A stretch of DNA of 64,000 bases. Origin: Candidatus Cloacimonadales bacterium (lineage in GTDB: Bacteria; Cloacimonadota; Cloacimonadia; Cloacimonadales; JAFGVF01). Position numbers and translations under genes: made by a program. The stretch is taken from contig OY762964.1 in assembly GCA_963667035.1 (NCBI GenBank), positions 1,440,001 through 1,504,000 on the forward strand, read 5' to 3'. This document shows positions 1 to 9,315 of this stretch, piece by piece. The notes under the pieces are model-generated. The model ran no database searches and had not been told where the DNA came from. It saw only the letters and a list, made by a program, of their open reading frames with translations. Numbering within the stretch: position 1 is the stretch's first letter; each line of letters starts with the position of its first letter.

Positions 1-1452
1 AGAGAAAACGCTGTTCAATCTGCCATTGAAATTATTAGAAATCGTATCGACCAATTTGGTGTTACAGAACCTTCAATCCAGAGAATCGGTGACAACAGAA
101 TTCTTGTTCAGTTACCGGGTATTCAAGAATTTGACAGAGCTAAAAACCTTATCGGTCGTACAGCTCGACTTGAATTCAAACTTGTTGCAGAACAGGATGA
201 ATATGAAAAAGTACTCACTAGTATTGATGATTACTTAAAGAAAAATATTGAGAAATACAGTTTCCTTAGTGAAATCACTGAAGACCTTGCTGTTGCAGAT
301 TCTAATATTGCTTCTGATATTCTTAAAGATGATTCAGCTGCAACTAATGATTCCACTGCTACAGAAACTGTTGAAACTGATCTTCTAAACGAAAAGGATA
401 AAGTCTTCACTAATCTTATCAACAGTGGTGGTAGACCTTATACTATAGCTTATGATTATGTACCTTTCTTCAAGAAGTTACTCGAAGATCCTGCATTCAA
501 AAGATCATTCCCATCTAACTATCAGTTAGCTCTTAGTAAAGATGACAAAAATGATCCGAAAGCAGATAGAGGTGTATACGTATTATATTCTAATGCTGAA
601 ATCACAGGTGATTACTTAGATGATGCTCATACATCAACAGGCAAAAACATGAGTGATCCCAACACTTATAACAAACCAATCATTAACCTTGAGTTCAACA
701 GAAACGGTGCTAAGAAATTTGCGAATATTACTGGTCAGAACAGAAACCGCATGCTAGCTATTGTACTTGACGATGTTGTTTATATGGCTCCAAGAATCAA
801 TGATCGTATTCCTGATGGAAGAGCTATTATCAGTGGCGTTTTCAATATGGCAGAAGCTCATGACCTTGTTATCGTTCTTAAAGCTGGTAACTTACCTGCT
901 CCAGTAGAGATTATAGAGCGTAAAGATGTTGGTGCTACTTTAGGTACAGATAGTATAAAAGCCGGTCAAATGGCAGGTCTCATAGGATTAGTTATTGTTG
1001 CAATATTCATGCTAGTTTATTATAAAGTCGGTGGATTGTTCGCAAACATAGCTTTAGTATTAAACATTGGTTTCACACTTTCTGTGCTTACACTGTTTGG
1101 TGCTACTCTTACCATGCCCGGTATTGCTGGTTTAATCCTTACAATTGGTATGGCTGTTGACGCTAACGTTCTTATCTTCGAAAGAATCAGAGAAGAGCTT
1201 GATCTTGGTAAAACAGTTAGAAGTGCTGTTGATGCAGGTTTTTCAAGAGCTATTATCACAATTGCCGATGCAAACATAACTACTTTGATTGCAGCAATTG
1301 TTCTTTATAACTTCGGAACAGGTCCTATTCGCGGATTTGCTGTTACTTTAGGAATCGGTATTGTCGGTTCTATGTTTACTGCTATCGTATTTGTTAAAGC
1401 ATTATTCGATACTTTTGTAACTAGTGGCAAACGCGAAAAGCTGAGCATTTAG
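1..1452 (+). CDS. secD: Protein translocase subunit SecD (5' end lies outside window)
   Basis: Frame +1 is open from base 1 (RNRIDQFGVTEPSIQRIGDNRILVQLPG...ARLEFKLV) and continues into the 649 ORF; motifs LTIGMAVDANVLIFERIREE and GTGPIRGFAVTL. Confidence 0.97.
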   Translation, partial: RENAVQSAIEIIRNRIDQFGVTEPSIQRIGDNRILVQLPGIQEFDRAKNLIGRTARLEFKLVAEQDEYEKVLTSIDDYLKKNIEKYSFLSEITEDLAVADSNIASDILKDDSAATNDSTATETVETDLLNEKDKVFTNLINSGGRPYTIAYDYVPFFKKLLEDPAFKRSFPSNYQLALSKDDKNDPKADRGVYVLYSNAEITGDYLDDAHTSTGKNMSDPNTYNKPIINLEFNRNGAKKFANITGQNRNRMLAIVLDDVVYMAPRINDRIPDGRAIISGVFNMAEAHDLVIVLKAGNLPAPVEIIERKDVGATLGTDSIKAGQMAGLIGLVIVAIFMLVYYKVGGLFANIALVLNIGFTLSVLTLFGATLTMPGIAGLILTIGMAVDANVLIFERIREELDLGKTVRSAVDAGFSRAIITIADANITTLIAAIVLYNFGTGPIRGFAVTLGIGIVGSMFTAIVFVKALFDTFVTSGKREKLSI

Positions 1453-1461
1453 GAGGTCACC

Positions 1462-2424
1462 GTGAGATTATTAACAAATACAAACTTCCAATTCATAGAA
1501 AAGCGTAAGATTGCCTACATGATTTCTGCTTTAGTAATTGTGGCCGGGATTATTGCTATGGTCATCAATGGAGGTCCAAAATATGGTATCGATTTCACCG
1601 GTGGTATCTCTTTAGAGCTTGATTTCACTCCTGTGAAAGAAGGTGTTAAGCCGGTTGAGATTGATGCTATTCGTGATGTAATGAAGAAAGTTGGTCAAAG
1701 TAGTGCTGAGATCCAAAAACTTGGTAAAACCGATAGTCAGATATTCCTTATTAAAGCTCAAACTTCAGAAGATGGAGAACAAATGACTTCAATTCTGAAA
1801 GCTTTTAAAAGTGAATTACCTGAATATGCAAACAAATCTGAAAAAGATTTTGTTCGCTTACAACAAGAAATCGGACCAAGAGTTGGTGAAGAACTTAAAT
1901 GGCAAGCTATCAAGGCTATATTTGTATCACTTATCCTTATGATTATCTACATTTGGATTAGATTCGAACTTACCTTTGGTGTAGCGGCCATAATTGCTCT
2001 TTTCCACGATGTTCTTATCACATTGAGTATTTTCTCATTGTTTGGTAAAGAAATCTCTACAAGTATTGTTGCTGCATTGCTCATGCTTGTTGGTTATTCT
2101 ATCAACGATAGTATCGTTGTTTTTGATAGAATTCGTGAAGATTTAAGAAAACGTCATCGCGATAGCTATGAAGCAGTTTTCAATTTCTCAATTAATAAAA
2201 CACTTAGCAGAACCATCATTACTTCAGGTACAACTATTCTCACAGCGTTGTCACTGTATATCTTTGGTGGAACTGTAATCAAAGATTTCTCTTTTGCTAT
2301 CCTTATCGGTGTTATTACCGGTACATATTCTTCAATCTTTGTTGCTAGTCCTATCGTTGTTGATTGGTTTAATGCAACCAAGAAAGATCATCCTCGTTTC
2401 AAAAAAATGACAGGTCGCAAATAG
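1462..2424 (+). CDS. secF: Protein translocase subunit SecF
   Basis: GIDFTGG and GYSINDSIVVFDRIRE motifs; GGAGG RBS before GTG; follows secD. Confidence 0.97.
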   Translation: MRLLTNTNFQFIEKRKIAYMISALVIVAGIIAMVINGGPKYGIDFTGGISLELDFTPVKEGVKPVEIDAIRDVMKKVGQSSAEIQKLGKTDSQIFLIKAQTSEDGEQMTSILKAFKSELPEYANKSEKDFVRLQQEIGPRVGEELKWQAIKAIFVSLILMIIYIWIRFELTFGVAAIIALFHDVLITLSIFSLFGKEISTSIVAALLMLVGYSINDSIVVFDRIREDLRKRHRDSYEAVFNFSINKTLSRTIITSGTTILTALSLYIFGGTVIKDFSFAILIGVITGTYSSIFVASPIVVDWFNATKKDHPRFKKMTGRK

Positions 2425-2441
2425 TAGAAAGTGTATACATT

Positions 2442-2475
2442 AAGAAAGCTGTCGCACGACAGCTTTCTTTTTTTT
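2442..2475 (+). terminator. Rho-independent terminator of secDF
   Basis: AAGAAAGCTGTC-GCAC-GACAGCTTTCTT followed by a T run. Confidence 0.9.
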
Positions 2476-2544
2476 GACTCATTCTTGTTGACAAATCAAT
2501 CACCTTATTAGCCTTTTAAAATTAAAACTATAAAAGATGTAACC

Positions 2545-4434
2545 ATGGAAACATTAAAAAAAGTATACAAAATAGCACTTAAAAACTGGAAGTACTTAGT
2601 CGGTAGTATCATTGCAATGCTTATCTTCACTGTCTTTAGTGGGCTAAGTATCACAATGATTGTACCAATTCTTGATTATGTATTTGTTGAAACTCCCAAA
2701 GAAGTTACGATCACATCTGCAGGTGAATTTCTTTCTGAATCGAATAAGATTCTTACACAATTCTTTAGTGAACATTCAATATTAAAACTGAATCAGGATG
2801 TCCTCAAAATTCTAGGAGAGCAGTTTGAAACCCTTTGCATGAAGACCGACTCCTACATGCTTCTTTGGTTAATTAGCCTTGGTTTTATCTCAATATATCT
2901 TCTTAAGAATATCTTTTTCTATCTTAATAGACTATTCTCTCTCACACTTAGAGGAAGAACTGTATATGAGTTAAGAACAAGTTTGTTTAATAAGTACTTG
3001 TATCAATCCATGGCTTTCTTTCAAGGCAATAAAACAGGTGATTCTCTTGTTAGAATGATTTCAGATATACAGATAGTGAGTGATCAGTTTATCGGCTCAA
3101 TACTAGCTATTCTGCGAAATTTCTCTTTAGTTGTAATGTACGGTTATATTGCAATAGCTATTAACTCTAGACTATTTTTAATAATTTTACTGGTTTTACC
3201 GGGTTTCGGCTGGTTAATCAACTTCATAGGGAAAAAGCTAAAGAAATATGCAAAACGTCAACAAGGGCAGTATTCTACTATGTTCTCCTATATGGAAGAA
3301 GTACTTAGTAATATGAAAATAGTTAAAGCTTTCTCTAGAGAGAAATCTGAAGAAGATAAGTTTCGTTTAGTTAGTTTCAGATACTATAAGCTCTGGAGAA
3401 AATCCAATATATATACAAGTTTCAATGTTCCTATTTCAGAGCTTTCCAGTGCTGTTATGGGGGCTGTTTTGCTTATTATAGGTGGACGGCTTGTACTAGA
3501 TCAAGCTACAGGATTTTCTATAGGTAACTTTATGGCATTTTTATTTGCTATTTTTTCAACAATGCATCCTCTTAAAGAACTTACGAAATCATACTCCAGT
3601 ATTCGAAAAGGTCTTGTCTCTCTAGATAGAGTAGGTGAAATTCTTAATAGAGATGAGGAAGTTACGGAAATTGCTAATCCAATTCATATTAATGGATTTA
3701 ATAATTCAATCTCATTTGAAAAGACAGTTTTCTCTTACGATAAAGAAAATGATGTACTAAAGGCTATAAATTTAGTAATCAATAAGGGCGAAAGAGTTGC
3801 TCTTGTGGGTAATAGTGGATCAGGGAAAACTACTTTGGTTAATCTCTTACTACGCTTCTATGATGTTACAGGTGGAGATATTAAAATTGACGGGAAATCA
3901 ATAAGTTCTCTAGCTGTTGACGATTTAAGAAGTTTGTATGGTTATGTGACTCAAGAATCCATTCTTTTCAATTCAACAGTTGCAGAAAACATCTCTTATG
4001 GGTGTAAAGAAGGACTAACTTTGGATAGGATAAAAGAAGCTGCTGAAATAGCTTATGCAGATGAATTTATCAAAACGATGCCTAAACAGTATGATGCTGA
4101 GATTTCTCCTAAAGCATCTAATCTCTCAGGTGGTCAAAAGCAACGACTTTGTATTGCAAGGGCTATTGCAGGCAATCCACCTATCCTCATTTTCGATGAA
4201 GCGACAAGTGCATTGGATACTGAATCAGAACAGAAAGTACAACAAGCCATTGAGAATGCTACAGCTCATAGAACTGTAATTATGATAGCACATAGGCTTT
4301 CTACTGTCATATCAGCAGATAAGATTGTAGTTATGGATAAAGGAGAGATTGTTGGTATTGGAAAGCATAATGAACTTCTTGAGACTTGTCCTCGCTATCA
4401 AACGCTATATAACATGCAATTTAATGCAGGATAG
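2545..4434 (+). CDS. msbA: MsbA-like ABC exporter (fused TMD+NBD), probable lipid A flippase
   Basis: N-terminal TM helices; Walker A GNSGSGKT, signature LSGGQKQR, Walker B ILIFDEATSALD. Confidence 0.75.
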   Translation: METLKKVYKIALKNWKYLVGSIIAMLIFTVFSGLSITMIVPILDYVFVETPKEVTITSAGEFLSESNKILTQFFSEHSILKLNQDVLKILGEQFETLCMKTDSYMLLWLISLGFISIYLLKNIFFYLNRLFSLTLRGRTVYELRTSLFNKYLYQSMAFFQGNKTGDSLVRMISDIQIVSDQFIGSILAILRNFSLVVMYGYIAIAINSRLFLIILLVLPGFGWLINFIGKKLKKYAKRQQGQYSTMFSYMEEVLSNMKIVKAFSREKSEEDKFRLVSFRYYKLWRKSNIYTSFNVPISELSSAVMGAVLLIIGGRLVLDQATGFSIGNFMAFLFAIFSTMHPLKELTKSYSSIRKGLVSLDRVGEILNRDEEVTEIANPIHINGFNNSISFEKTVFSYDKENDVLKAINLVINKGERVALVGNSGSGKTTLVNLLLRFYDVTGGDIKIDGKSISSLAVDDLRSLYGYVTQESILFNSTVAENISYGCKEGLTLDRIKEAAEIAYADEFIKTMPKQYDAEISPKASNLSGGQKQRLCIARAIAGNPPILIFDEATSALDTESEQKVQQAIENATAHRTVIMIAHRLSTVISADKIVVMDKGEIVGIGKHNELLETCPRYQTLYNMQFNAG

Positions 4435-4435
4435 T

Positions 4436-5371
4436 GTGAAAAAGTTCCTTTTATTCATCTTAGTATGTTCTTCGTTAGCATTGTCAGCCCAACCTATTCT
4501 TTTTGATTCTAAAATGAGTATTGATTCTGATTCATTACGATTTACTTTCAATCTGTATAATATACCTTCTGGATCTAAGATAGTTCTATCTCTGAAATCA
4601 GGTAATGATAATAGTATGGTTTATAAAGATATTAATAAGGACATTATTACCGAACAAAATAGAACAATAACTATACCGCTTCAGGATATTGATGAGTATA
4701 GGTTTTACTTATCTTCAAATGATCTCTTGTATTCTGAAATGGTTTATGTTCCCGCTGGAAGATATAATTTTGAACGAAAAGAGAAGTTAGTTGAACAGAT
4801 TTCGCTAAATGCCTTTTATATTAGTAAGTATGAAGTTAGTAATGAGCAATTCAAACAATTTATTATGGCTGATGGATATGATAGTGAGAACAAATGGTTA
4901 ATAGACAAAGGATTAATGAAAGACCCTAACATTGGATGGTTCTATCAAGGATTAAAGCGTATTACTAAACCTCTTCAATGGAATTATAATAAAGAACCAT
5001 GGTATATTGATGCCAGTCTTAACAGACCAAGTGATCCAGTAACGGGAGTAACTTGGTTTGAAATAAATGCTTTTTGTAATACTATGAACGTTTCTTTACC
5101 TAGTAACAGTCAAATTGAGATGCTATTCCCTACATCAATAGCAAATCCTATTCAAAAGGAAGTTAGCTCAAGAACACGAGATATTATCTCAGGAGTATCT
5201 GAGTGGACTCTTACTGGAACTCCTCCGGCATCATCATCTTGTGGTGGTTGCAATGAGATGATATGTTTACAGAATAGTGAAGAAATCGAATCTCAATATC
5301 CGATAGAGAAGTTCAAGTGCCCTTTATATAGAAATTCAAGTTTAGGTTTCAGATATGTTATCAATAAATAG
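4436..5371 (+). CDS. Secreted protein with SUMF1/FGE-sulfatase-like (C-lectin fold) domain
   Basis: Likely GTG start at 4436 with a signal peptide; FGE-family motifs MVYVPAG, FYISKYEVSNEQFKQF, PVTGVTWFE, GVSEWT and LGFRYV. Confidence 0.75.
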   Translation: MKKFLLFILVCSSLALSAQPILFDSKMSIDSDSLRFTFNLYNIPSGSKIVLSLKSGNDNSMVYKDINKDIITEQNRTITIPLQDIDEYRFYLSSNDLLYSEMVYVPAGRYNFERKEKLVEQISLNAFYISKYEVSNEQFKQFIMADGYDSENKWLIDKGLMKDPNIGWFYQGLKRITKPLQWNYNKEPWYIDASLNRPSDPVTGVTWFEINAFCNTMNVSLPSNSQIEMLFPTSIANPIQKEVSSRTRDIISGVSEWTLTGTPPASSSCGGCNEMICLQNSEEIESQYPIEKFKCPLYRNSSLGFRYVINK

Positions 5372-5615
5372 AATCACTATGTTTACGGCAATGCTTTTAC
5401 TTTCAATTAACTTGTTATCTCATCCCCATCTATTTCTTGATAATAGAATAAATATTGCTCCTCTCAATTCCGACTCATTACTCATATAGACTGAATGGAA
5501 GTTCGACCCATATTTCTCGTTAAGCTTAATAGAAGACTTCGACTTTAATAGAAATAGTATTATAGAAAAGAATGAAGTTGATTTTCCATTGTGTGGTAAA
5601 CTTCCAGTTCAATAG
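5355..5615 (+). pseudogene. DUF1007-family periplasmic protein, interrupted and truncated
   Basis: ATG 5355 gives signal-like MLSINRITMFTAMLLLSINLLS then HPHLFLD; in-frame TAG at 5487-5489; then EWKFDPYFSLSLIEDFDFNRN and a second TAG at 5613. Confidence 0.6.
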
Positions 5616-5631
5616 TTTAGTATCATTCTAA

Positions 5632-6285
5632 ATGATTAGATATATTATTCCTTTACTATTCACGTTTTCTGTTACTTTTGTTCAAGCAAATCCTCTAATT
5701 GGAGATAAAAAAAGCTCTTACAGTAAAGGATTCGATTAACACATACTAACAATCATGTTCGACTATCTTCTTTTATAAACCTTTACTTAAGTTGCAAAGA
5801 GATATAAGAACAAGTATGTTTCATTCAAACAGCAAGCTAAATACTACTAAGGGATTTATTACTTTTTGCTATTGATTATTAAAAGTATGAGTAACCTATC
5901 AATCATAAAAGATTCAGAATCTATTATTAGATTTACTCAGTTATCTTACTTCGCAATAATCATAATTATTGGTGCTTCAATGATTGTAAAAAAACATAGA
6001 AAAAATAGTGTTATGAATTTACCTCTTGGGACACTAATATTTGCAATTGGATTCGTTCCATGTCCAGCTACTTTGATTGTTTTAAACTATCTATTGCTTA
6101 CTAATAATGATTTGGTAAGATTAATTATTGCAACTCTATCTATCGGTCTTGGAATAAGTGTGAGCCTTACAATCTTTTCTCTCTTATCATATAGATTTCT
6201 TCAAACAAAGTCTACTAGAGTGACGATGTGGACTACTTTCATGATTGTTTTTGCTTTAATCAGTATCATCATATTCACAAGATAG
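5632..6285 (+). pseudogene. RcnA/NicO-like nickel/cobalt transporter remnant
   Basis: Fragments: MIRYIIPLLFTFSVTFVQANPL (5632), LLKLQRDIR, and a C-terminal ORF with GFVPCPATLIVL. This family is the usual partner of DUF1007. Confidence 0.55.
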
Positions 6286-6291
6286 ATTACT

Positions 6292-6323
6292 CACATCCAG
6301 ATACTACTTATCTACTGGATGTG
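6292..6323 (+). terminator. Hairpin after the transporter remnant
   Basis: CACATCCAG...CTGGATGTG inverted repeat 7 nt after the stop; weak U tail. Confidence 0.45.
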
Positions 6324-6384
6324 CATTAATTATTAACTAGCTAATTATTTTTATTGACCGTATTGGTACATTAGTAATATTTGT

Positions 6385-6612
6385 TTCTGTAGGTTCAACA
6401 GAGAATAATATTAAACACATCTTAAATCAAAGAGAGTTGTAGTATATCCAATTGATTGATAAATTATTAGACTTAGTTATATATAACTGTAACTTCAATG
6501 AAGTAAACAGAGAAAATTTGAATTGATTAAGATGTGTGAAAATCTCCGTATGCGAGGAAACTTCAATTTAGATTATTAGTAAAACCTCGGAGCTAAACAA
6601 AATTAGCTCCGA
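6385..6612 (+). ncRNA. Candidate structured small RNA (unassigned)
   Basis: TTGACC (6354) / TAATAT (6375) promoter-like pair; nested stems 6415-6430/6523-6537 and 6434-6443/6486-6495 (G-U pairs on + strand); terminal hairpin; no ORF of note. Confidence 0.3.
6587..6612. terminator. Probable bidirectional terminator
   Basis: TCGGAGCTAA-N6-TTAGCTCCGA with T-rich tails on both strands, 10 nt from the stop of the minus-strand gene. Confidence 0.75.
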
Positions 6613-6621
6613 ATTATTTGT

Positions 6622-7296
6622 TTACTCACCTGAATAAAAATTGTGAAACACTTGTTTGTTCTGTGCTAACAAATCAGGATTTGTTAAGTCGTTTTTTGAT
6701 AGTTTCCTTGCAGCTTCTTCGGATTCAAGATTTTCACGTCTCATTTTTTCTCCCGCTTCAAAAGTCATTTCAGGATGAAACTGAGTTCCCCAAATCCTTT
6801 TGTTGATAACTCGATATGCCTGCACTTCACATTCAGGAGAAGAAGCTAGAATTGTGAAGCAATCCGTAAGATTGCATACTTCGTCATAGTGAGACTGTGC
6901 AAACACAGGATTATGTATTCCTGCAAAAAGTTCATCTTGCTTTATATCAACTTTATGCCAACCAAACTCCGGGACAAGAACTCTCCTACAAGCAGAATCA
7001 CCGATAATAGTTCTTGCAATCATTTGATGCCCATGGCATATTCCATATATTGATTTATCATGAGCAATAAAATCAGATATTAAGGCAATAATATCATTGT
7101 CATATTCACTGCCTTTAGAAGCTGATAACTCAGAGCCTGAAAGCAGTAAATGAGTGTATTTAGATAAATCTTGTTTTACAGGTAGATCTTTTAAATGTTT
7201 GATATCGTATTTCTTATCTTCATATATGTTACGTATCAAACCGTCAAACCTATCTGATGCCTTTGAATCAACAATAGTGTTTAATATTAGAAGCAC
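6622..7296 (-). CDS. Class I glutamine amidotransferase (GMP-synthase-like GAT domain)
   Basis: Nucleophile GICHGHQ; QFHPE His-Glu; QSHYDEV. Confidence 0.9.
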   Translation of the reverse strand: MLLILNTIVDSKASDRFDGLIRNIYEDKKYDIKHLKDLPVKQDLSKYTHLLLSGSELSASKGSEYDNDIIALISDFIAHDKSIYGICHGHQMIARTIIGDSACRRVLVPEFGWHKVDIKQDELFAGIHNPVFAQSHYDEVCNLTDCFTILASSPECEVQAYRVINKRIWGTQFHPEMTFEAGEKMRRENLESEEAARKLSKNDLTNPDLLAQNKQVFHNFYSGE

Positions 7297-7319
7297 TAGC
7301 TCTCCCCTTTTATGAAAAA

Positions 7320-7355
7320 GGGCATCTCATATGTTATTAGTTGTATGAGATGCCT
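7320..7355 (-). terminator. Rho-independent terminator
   Basis: GGCATCTCATA-N12-TATGAGATGCC; followed by TTTTT on the minus strand. Confidence 0.8.
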
Positions 7356-7374
7356 TAACATTTAACTATAACTA

Positions 7375-7572
7375 TTAACCGTAATAACTCTCGATTTGTT
7401 CAAGAATCTTTTTGAAAAACTCTCCTGAATTCTCAGGAGTTATCGATTTAGAATCTCCATTATCAAATCTAATTATGACAGTACCAAATTGATTAGTAAT
7501 CTCTCTAATCTTGTGTATAACAACATATTCAGAACCGTTTTGTTCTTCAGAGACATCAATTACTGCTTTCAT
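7375..7572 (-). CDS. Small hypothetical protein (65 aa)
   Basis: ATG with AGGA RBS 9 nt after the ppi stop; followed by a terminator. Confidence 0.75.
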   Translation of the reverse strand: MKAVIDVSEEQNGSEYVVIHKIREITNQFGTVIIRFDNGDSKSITPENSGEFFKKILEQIESYYG

Positions 7573-7581
7573 AAGTTCCTC

Positions 7582-8577
7582 TTATTTAACAATGATATCT
7601 TCAATAACTGCTTGTTTTGATTCAAGTGGATTATCTCTATTATCTCTAGGCAATTGTTCAATCTCATGTACTATATCCATTCCACTTGTTACTTTTCCAA
7701 AGACTGTATGCTTTCCATTCAACCAATTAGCTCCCTCTTTCTTAGTAACAATAAAGAACTGTGAGCCGTTAGTGTTAGGTCCGGAATTAGCCATACAAAT
7801 TGTCCCGTACGCAACTTCATGAATCAGTTTACCTTGGGCCTTAACTTCGCCTTTAAAATTAGTTTTAGCTGTGTAATATTCGACCGGATGGTCCATCAAA
7901 GGTTTACCGGATTGACTTTCTTGGCATTTTCTTGCGAGTTCAAGTATATCTTTGTCAGGATTCTGGTTACTTCTTAAATATGGCAATACTACTACTGAGA
8001 ATATAGAAAAAGCCTCATCTTCATTATTAATCTTACCGGCTAAAGCTTCACCTTTCTCATAGCATTCATCCTCAAACTTATAACCCGGGTCACCAGTTCC
8101 ATCGTTAGCTCTGTCTCCATCTTTAGTTTTAGGACATCCGCCTTGTATCATAAAATCAGGAATAACTCTATGAAAATAGATACCATTATAAAAGTCTTCT
8201 TTAGCCAGTTTATCAAAATTAGCTACTGTTTTAGGAGTAAGCTCAGGCCATAACTCCAAAGTTATATCACCCATATTAGTCTTAATTACTGCAACTTGTG
8301 TTTTCATCTCTTTCTTTATATCCTTTTTAACAGGCTTTACAGCTTTATCAGCTTTCACTGTCTCAATTATTTCTTTTTTAGGTATTTCTTTCTTTGCTAC
8401 TTCTTTTTTCTCATCAGTTATAGGTTCTATATTCTGGTCTTCAACAACCTTATTCTCTATAACTCTCTCTGAAACCACAGGCTCATCAGTTTTGCTTCCA
8501 TTCTTTTGCATTATAAAAAAGAATAGACCACCCAATACAACTAATCCAACGAGAATTGCCACAACAGCTTTATTCAT
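7582..8577 (-). CDS. Membrane-anchored cyclophilin-type peptidyl-prolyl isomerase with internal insertion
   Basis: FHRVIPDFMIQGG, MANSGPNTNGSQFFI and LNGKHTVFGKV motifs; N-terminal TM plus Lys/Glu-rich linker. Confidence 0.93.
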   Translation of the reverse strand: MNKAVVAILVGLVVLGGLFFFIMQKNGSKTDEPVVSERVIENKVVEDQNIEPITDEKKEVAKKEIPKKEIIETVKADKAVKPVKKDIKKEMKTQVAVIKTNMGDITLELWPELTPKTVANFDKLAKEDFYNGIYFHRVIPDFMIQGGCPKTKDGDRANDGTGDPGYKFEDECYEKGEALAGKINNEDEAFSIFSVVVLPYLRSNQNPDKDILELARKCQESQSGKPLMDHPVEYYTAKTNFKGEVKAQGKLIHEVAYGTICMANSGPNTNGSQFFIVTKKEGANWLNGKHTVFGKVTSGMDIVHEIEQLPRDNRDNPLESKQAVIEDIIVK

Positions 8578-8591
8578 TAGATTCTCCTCTT

Positions 8592-9314
8592 TTATTTAAA
8601 TGTTTTTAGTTCAGCCTTACCATCGGTAATGACTGCGTAAGTATTATTCATCAACCAATCACCTGTATTGATGTAAACTTTATTTCCTATCTTTTGTCTA
8701 CTAGGATTATGAATATGACCCATAAGAAAAATATCATACTTATAAGCTTTCTTATGAACAAAATCAGTTAATCCTTTACTTTGATCTGAAGTCAGTTTAC
8801 GTGATTTTACTCTATTTCTTGATGTTCTTGAGATTCTTGCTCCTATCTTCAAAGCGAAATCAGGATGAAACAAGCGAGCTATGTATCTTACAATCGGTAA
8901 TCTGATAATTGACCTGAATATATGATAACGTATGTCGTTAACCGTTAATTGATCCCCATGAGCTACATAATACTTCAGATTATCTATCGTCTCTTCGAAT
9001 ACATCTGGATAAATCTCTGCTTTAATCTCATTAACTAGAAACTTTCCAAGCCAGAAATCATGATTTCCGCAAAGATAGATTATTCGACACCCTCTTTTGG
9101 ATAACTCTTTCAGTTTAGCAATCACTGGTATATAAGCTGAAATTGAAACCTTTGACCATTCAATCCATAAATCGAAGATATCGCCATTTAATATTAGCAC
9201 GTCTGCATCATATAGAATAGTATCAAGAAACTCTATAAAACGACCTTTTCTTGCCAAATCATCGTCATTCTCAATGTACTTAATATGAACATCAGAAACA
9301 GAATATACTTTCAT
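8592..9314 (-). CDS. lpxH: UDP-2,3-diacylglucosamine diphosphatase (LpxH-like metallophosphoesterase)
   Basis: SDVH, GDIFDLW, GNHD, HGD, GHIH and NTGDW motifs. Confidence 0.8.
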   Translation of the reverse strand: MKVYSVSDVHIKYIENDDDLARKGRFIEFLDTILYDADVLILNGDIFDLWIEWSKVSISAYIPVIAKLKELSKRGCRIIYLCGNHDFWLGKFLVNEIKAEIYPDVFEETIDNLKYYVAHGDQLTVNDIRYHIFRSIIRLPIVRYIARLFHPDFALKIGARISRTSRNRVKSRKLTSDQSKGLTDFVHKKAYKYDIFLMGHIHNPSRQKIGNKVYINTGDWLMNNTYAVITDGKAELKTFK

Positions 9315-9315
9315 C

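Noticed and set aside
4436..5371. Diversity-generating retroelement target (FGE/C-lectin fold)
   Set aside because: No reverse transcriptase and no template repeat of the 3' end in the window.
5487..5489. Pyrrolysine or amber readthrough in the DUF1007 gene
   Set aside because: The gene is also truncated and its partner is fragmented; TAG is a normal stop here (secD, secF, msbA); no pyl genes are in the window.
7810..8065. Intein in the cyclophilin
   Set aside because: The insert is too short and lacks a C-terminal His-Asn followed by Cys/Ser/Thr.
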